A stretch of 63,249 bases of DNA, filler included, from Folioceros fuciformis (Eukaryota), in assembly GCA_049999805.1 (NCBI GenBank). It is 26 parts of 26 records of this genome, joined end to end, with 100 filler letters (N's around TTAATTAATTAA, not from the genome) between each part and the next. Parts side by side here need not be neighbours in the genome. Positions count along the whole stretch, not along the records: positions 61,388 to 63,249 come from JBNGIO010000828.1; 25 more parts are not named here. The stretch is one strand, 5' to 3'. How positions within the stretch are numbered: the stretch's first letter is position 1; each line of letters starts with the position of its first letter. The notes below the pieces were generated by a model that saw nothing but the letters and a program-made list of their open reading frames with translations, was not told the origin of the DNA and made no database searches. This document shows, one piece after another, positions 61,994 through 63,249 of this stretch. Made by a program: the position numbers and the translations under genes.

Positions 61994-62300
61994 GCGCAGC
62001 ATGCATGATCGAAAAAACAGATGGAGATACAACATTTTCTCAAAGCTTTCGAGCGAACCTGGAGGCTGAGGTCTCATGGAAGAAACTGGTGACCGACTGA
62101 CTCGGATTCCAAGAATCTGTGGTTCTGCCGCTCGACTGCCGCTCCATTTGGCTATCCTATAGCGAGCGCAGCGCAGCATGCATGATCTAAAAAACAGACG
62201 GAAGTACAAAATTTTCTCAAAGCTTTCGAGCGATCCCGGAGGCTGAGGCTGAGGTCTCATGGAAGAAACTGGTGACCGACTGACTCGGACTCCAAGAATC
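61994..62300. repeat. Direct duplication of about 125 bp (about 61994-62117 and 62171-62300)
   Basis: GCGCAGCATGCATGATC...GGAAGAAACTGGTGACCGACTGACTCGGA occurs twice. Confidence 0.88.
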
Positions 62301-62677
62301 GGACGAGTGTGTCCGAGGGGAAACAATTTGCTTTGTTGCGCACGTCCTCTCTGGTTTGTCGAACTGTAAACAGCGTATCACCGGCGTTCCGTTTTCGGTC
62401 CAAGAGAAAATTTGCAGGGAATTGTATGACCGCGAGAGTTGTGTAGATATGTGCCTAATGACGGACTCGAAGACGGAAGAGAAGGAAGCACGCATGAACA
62501 GGAGGTAGAAGGCAGACACAGACAGCAAGCACCCTGCATTGCCTTGCCTTACCTTGATGATCCGTTCCTTTCCCCATCCAGGGCCCTATGCGTCAGGGGT
62601 TAGGGTCCGAAATGGAATGGGGGTAGCGTGGGTGGAGGGCTAGGGCTGGGGTCCAAGCCTTTTGTCAATGGCCATCC

Positions 62678-63249
62678 CTACAGACTACAGGAACAGGAGC
62701 CGTCGAAGAAGCGATGAATTCGATTCGCATCTCTGACAATAATTTCTCGGCTCTCGAGGCGTGACATCACTTTGGTGCTGCTGTGGCAGTCGTCGCACAT
62801 GCGCAGGTTTTTGGTGACAATGAGGGTTGCCCCATCCGGCGTGTTCATGAGGCCATAGGCCAAGGCCAGTTTTTCGGCGTGTCCACACAGCGCGTCTTCC
62901 TTCTCCTTCTCGGACACCGCCTTGAAGACGAGGCGAGTTTGCGGGACATGGCCACCTTCCTCCCTCAACCTCCAATTCAGGCTCTTCGCCTTGGAGGAGA
63001 TGTCGGACCTGTCTTCCCCCACGGTGAACTCATGCACGGTGTTGCTCACCTCGATGCATGCCTTTGCTGGCTTCTTGGTGGCACCTACTGACTTCCTCAG
63101 CCCTTCCACCCTGTCCACATCGTCCCACCTGCCTGCGTTTGCGTACAGGTTCCCCAACAACACGTAGGAACTAGCAGCTCGAGGTGCCAATTTCACGAGG
63201 TGCTGGAAGCAGCGTTGCCCGCGCTCTACATCACCGTAGCTCTTGCAAG
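62678..63249 (-). CDS. 3' end of a PLS-class PPR RNA-editing factor: E1/E2 motifs and DYW:KP deaminase-like domain
   Basis: CKSYGDVERG..SSYVLLGNLYANAGRW (E motifs), KKPAKACIEV in place of the PG box, HAEKLA, KNLRMCDDCH and HRFFDGSCSC. The frame is open past the window end. Confidence 0.93.
   Translation of the reverse strand, partial: CKSYGDVERGQRCFQHLVKLAPRAASSYVLLGNLYANAGRWDDVDRVEGLRKSVGATKKPAKACIEVSNTVHEFTVGEDRSDISSKAKSLNWRLREEGGHVPQTRLVFKAVSEKEKEDALCGHAEKLALAYGLMNTPDGATLIVTKNLRMCDDCHSSTKVMSRLESREIIVRDANRIHRFFDGSCSCSL

Overview
Eukaryotic (land-plant) nuclear DNA, not one contiguous locus. About 26 short contigs are joined by 25 artificial 100-bp spacers (44 N + TTAATTAATTAA + 44 N), so adjacency across a spacer means nothing. 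Most of the window is decayed, heavily nested LTR retrotransposons. These include many Ty1/copia pieces with short LTRs and tRNA-iMet primer sites, an Athila/Tat-like Ty3/gypsy family with a tRNA-Asp primer site and accessory ORFs, a chromovirus-like gypsy, and several LTR families that recur in the window. Host-gene material is a receptor-like kinase last exon, a pectin methylesterase pseudogene lying next to a B3/REM gene fragment, a probable decayed PPR, and the 3' end of a PLS-PPR gene. That gene carries a DYW:KP (KPAxA / HAExLA) domain, the class linked to reverse U-to-C organellar RNA editing, which points to a hornwort, fern or lycophyte. Three observations stand out. (1) The DYW:KP terminus ...CSCRDGH* appears to be masked by a 7-nt duplication. 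(2) Several independent copia elements carry an extra M(P/A)R-initiated ORF between the primer site and gag. (3) Antisense accessory ORFs occur near the 3' ends of copia elements and in the gypsy family. All family assignments come from reading motifs by eye; no searches were run.
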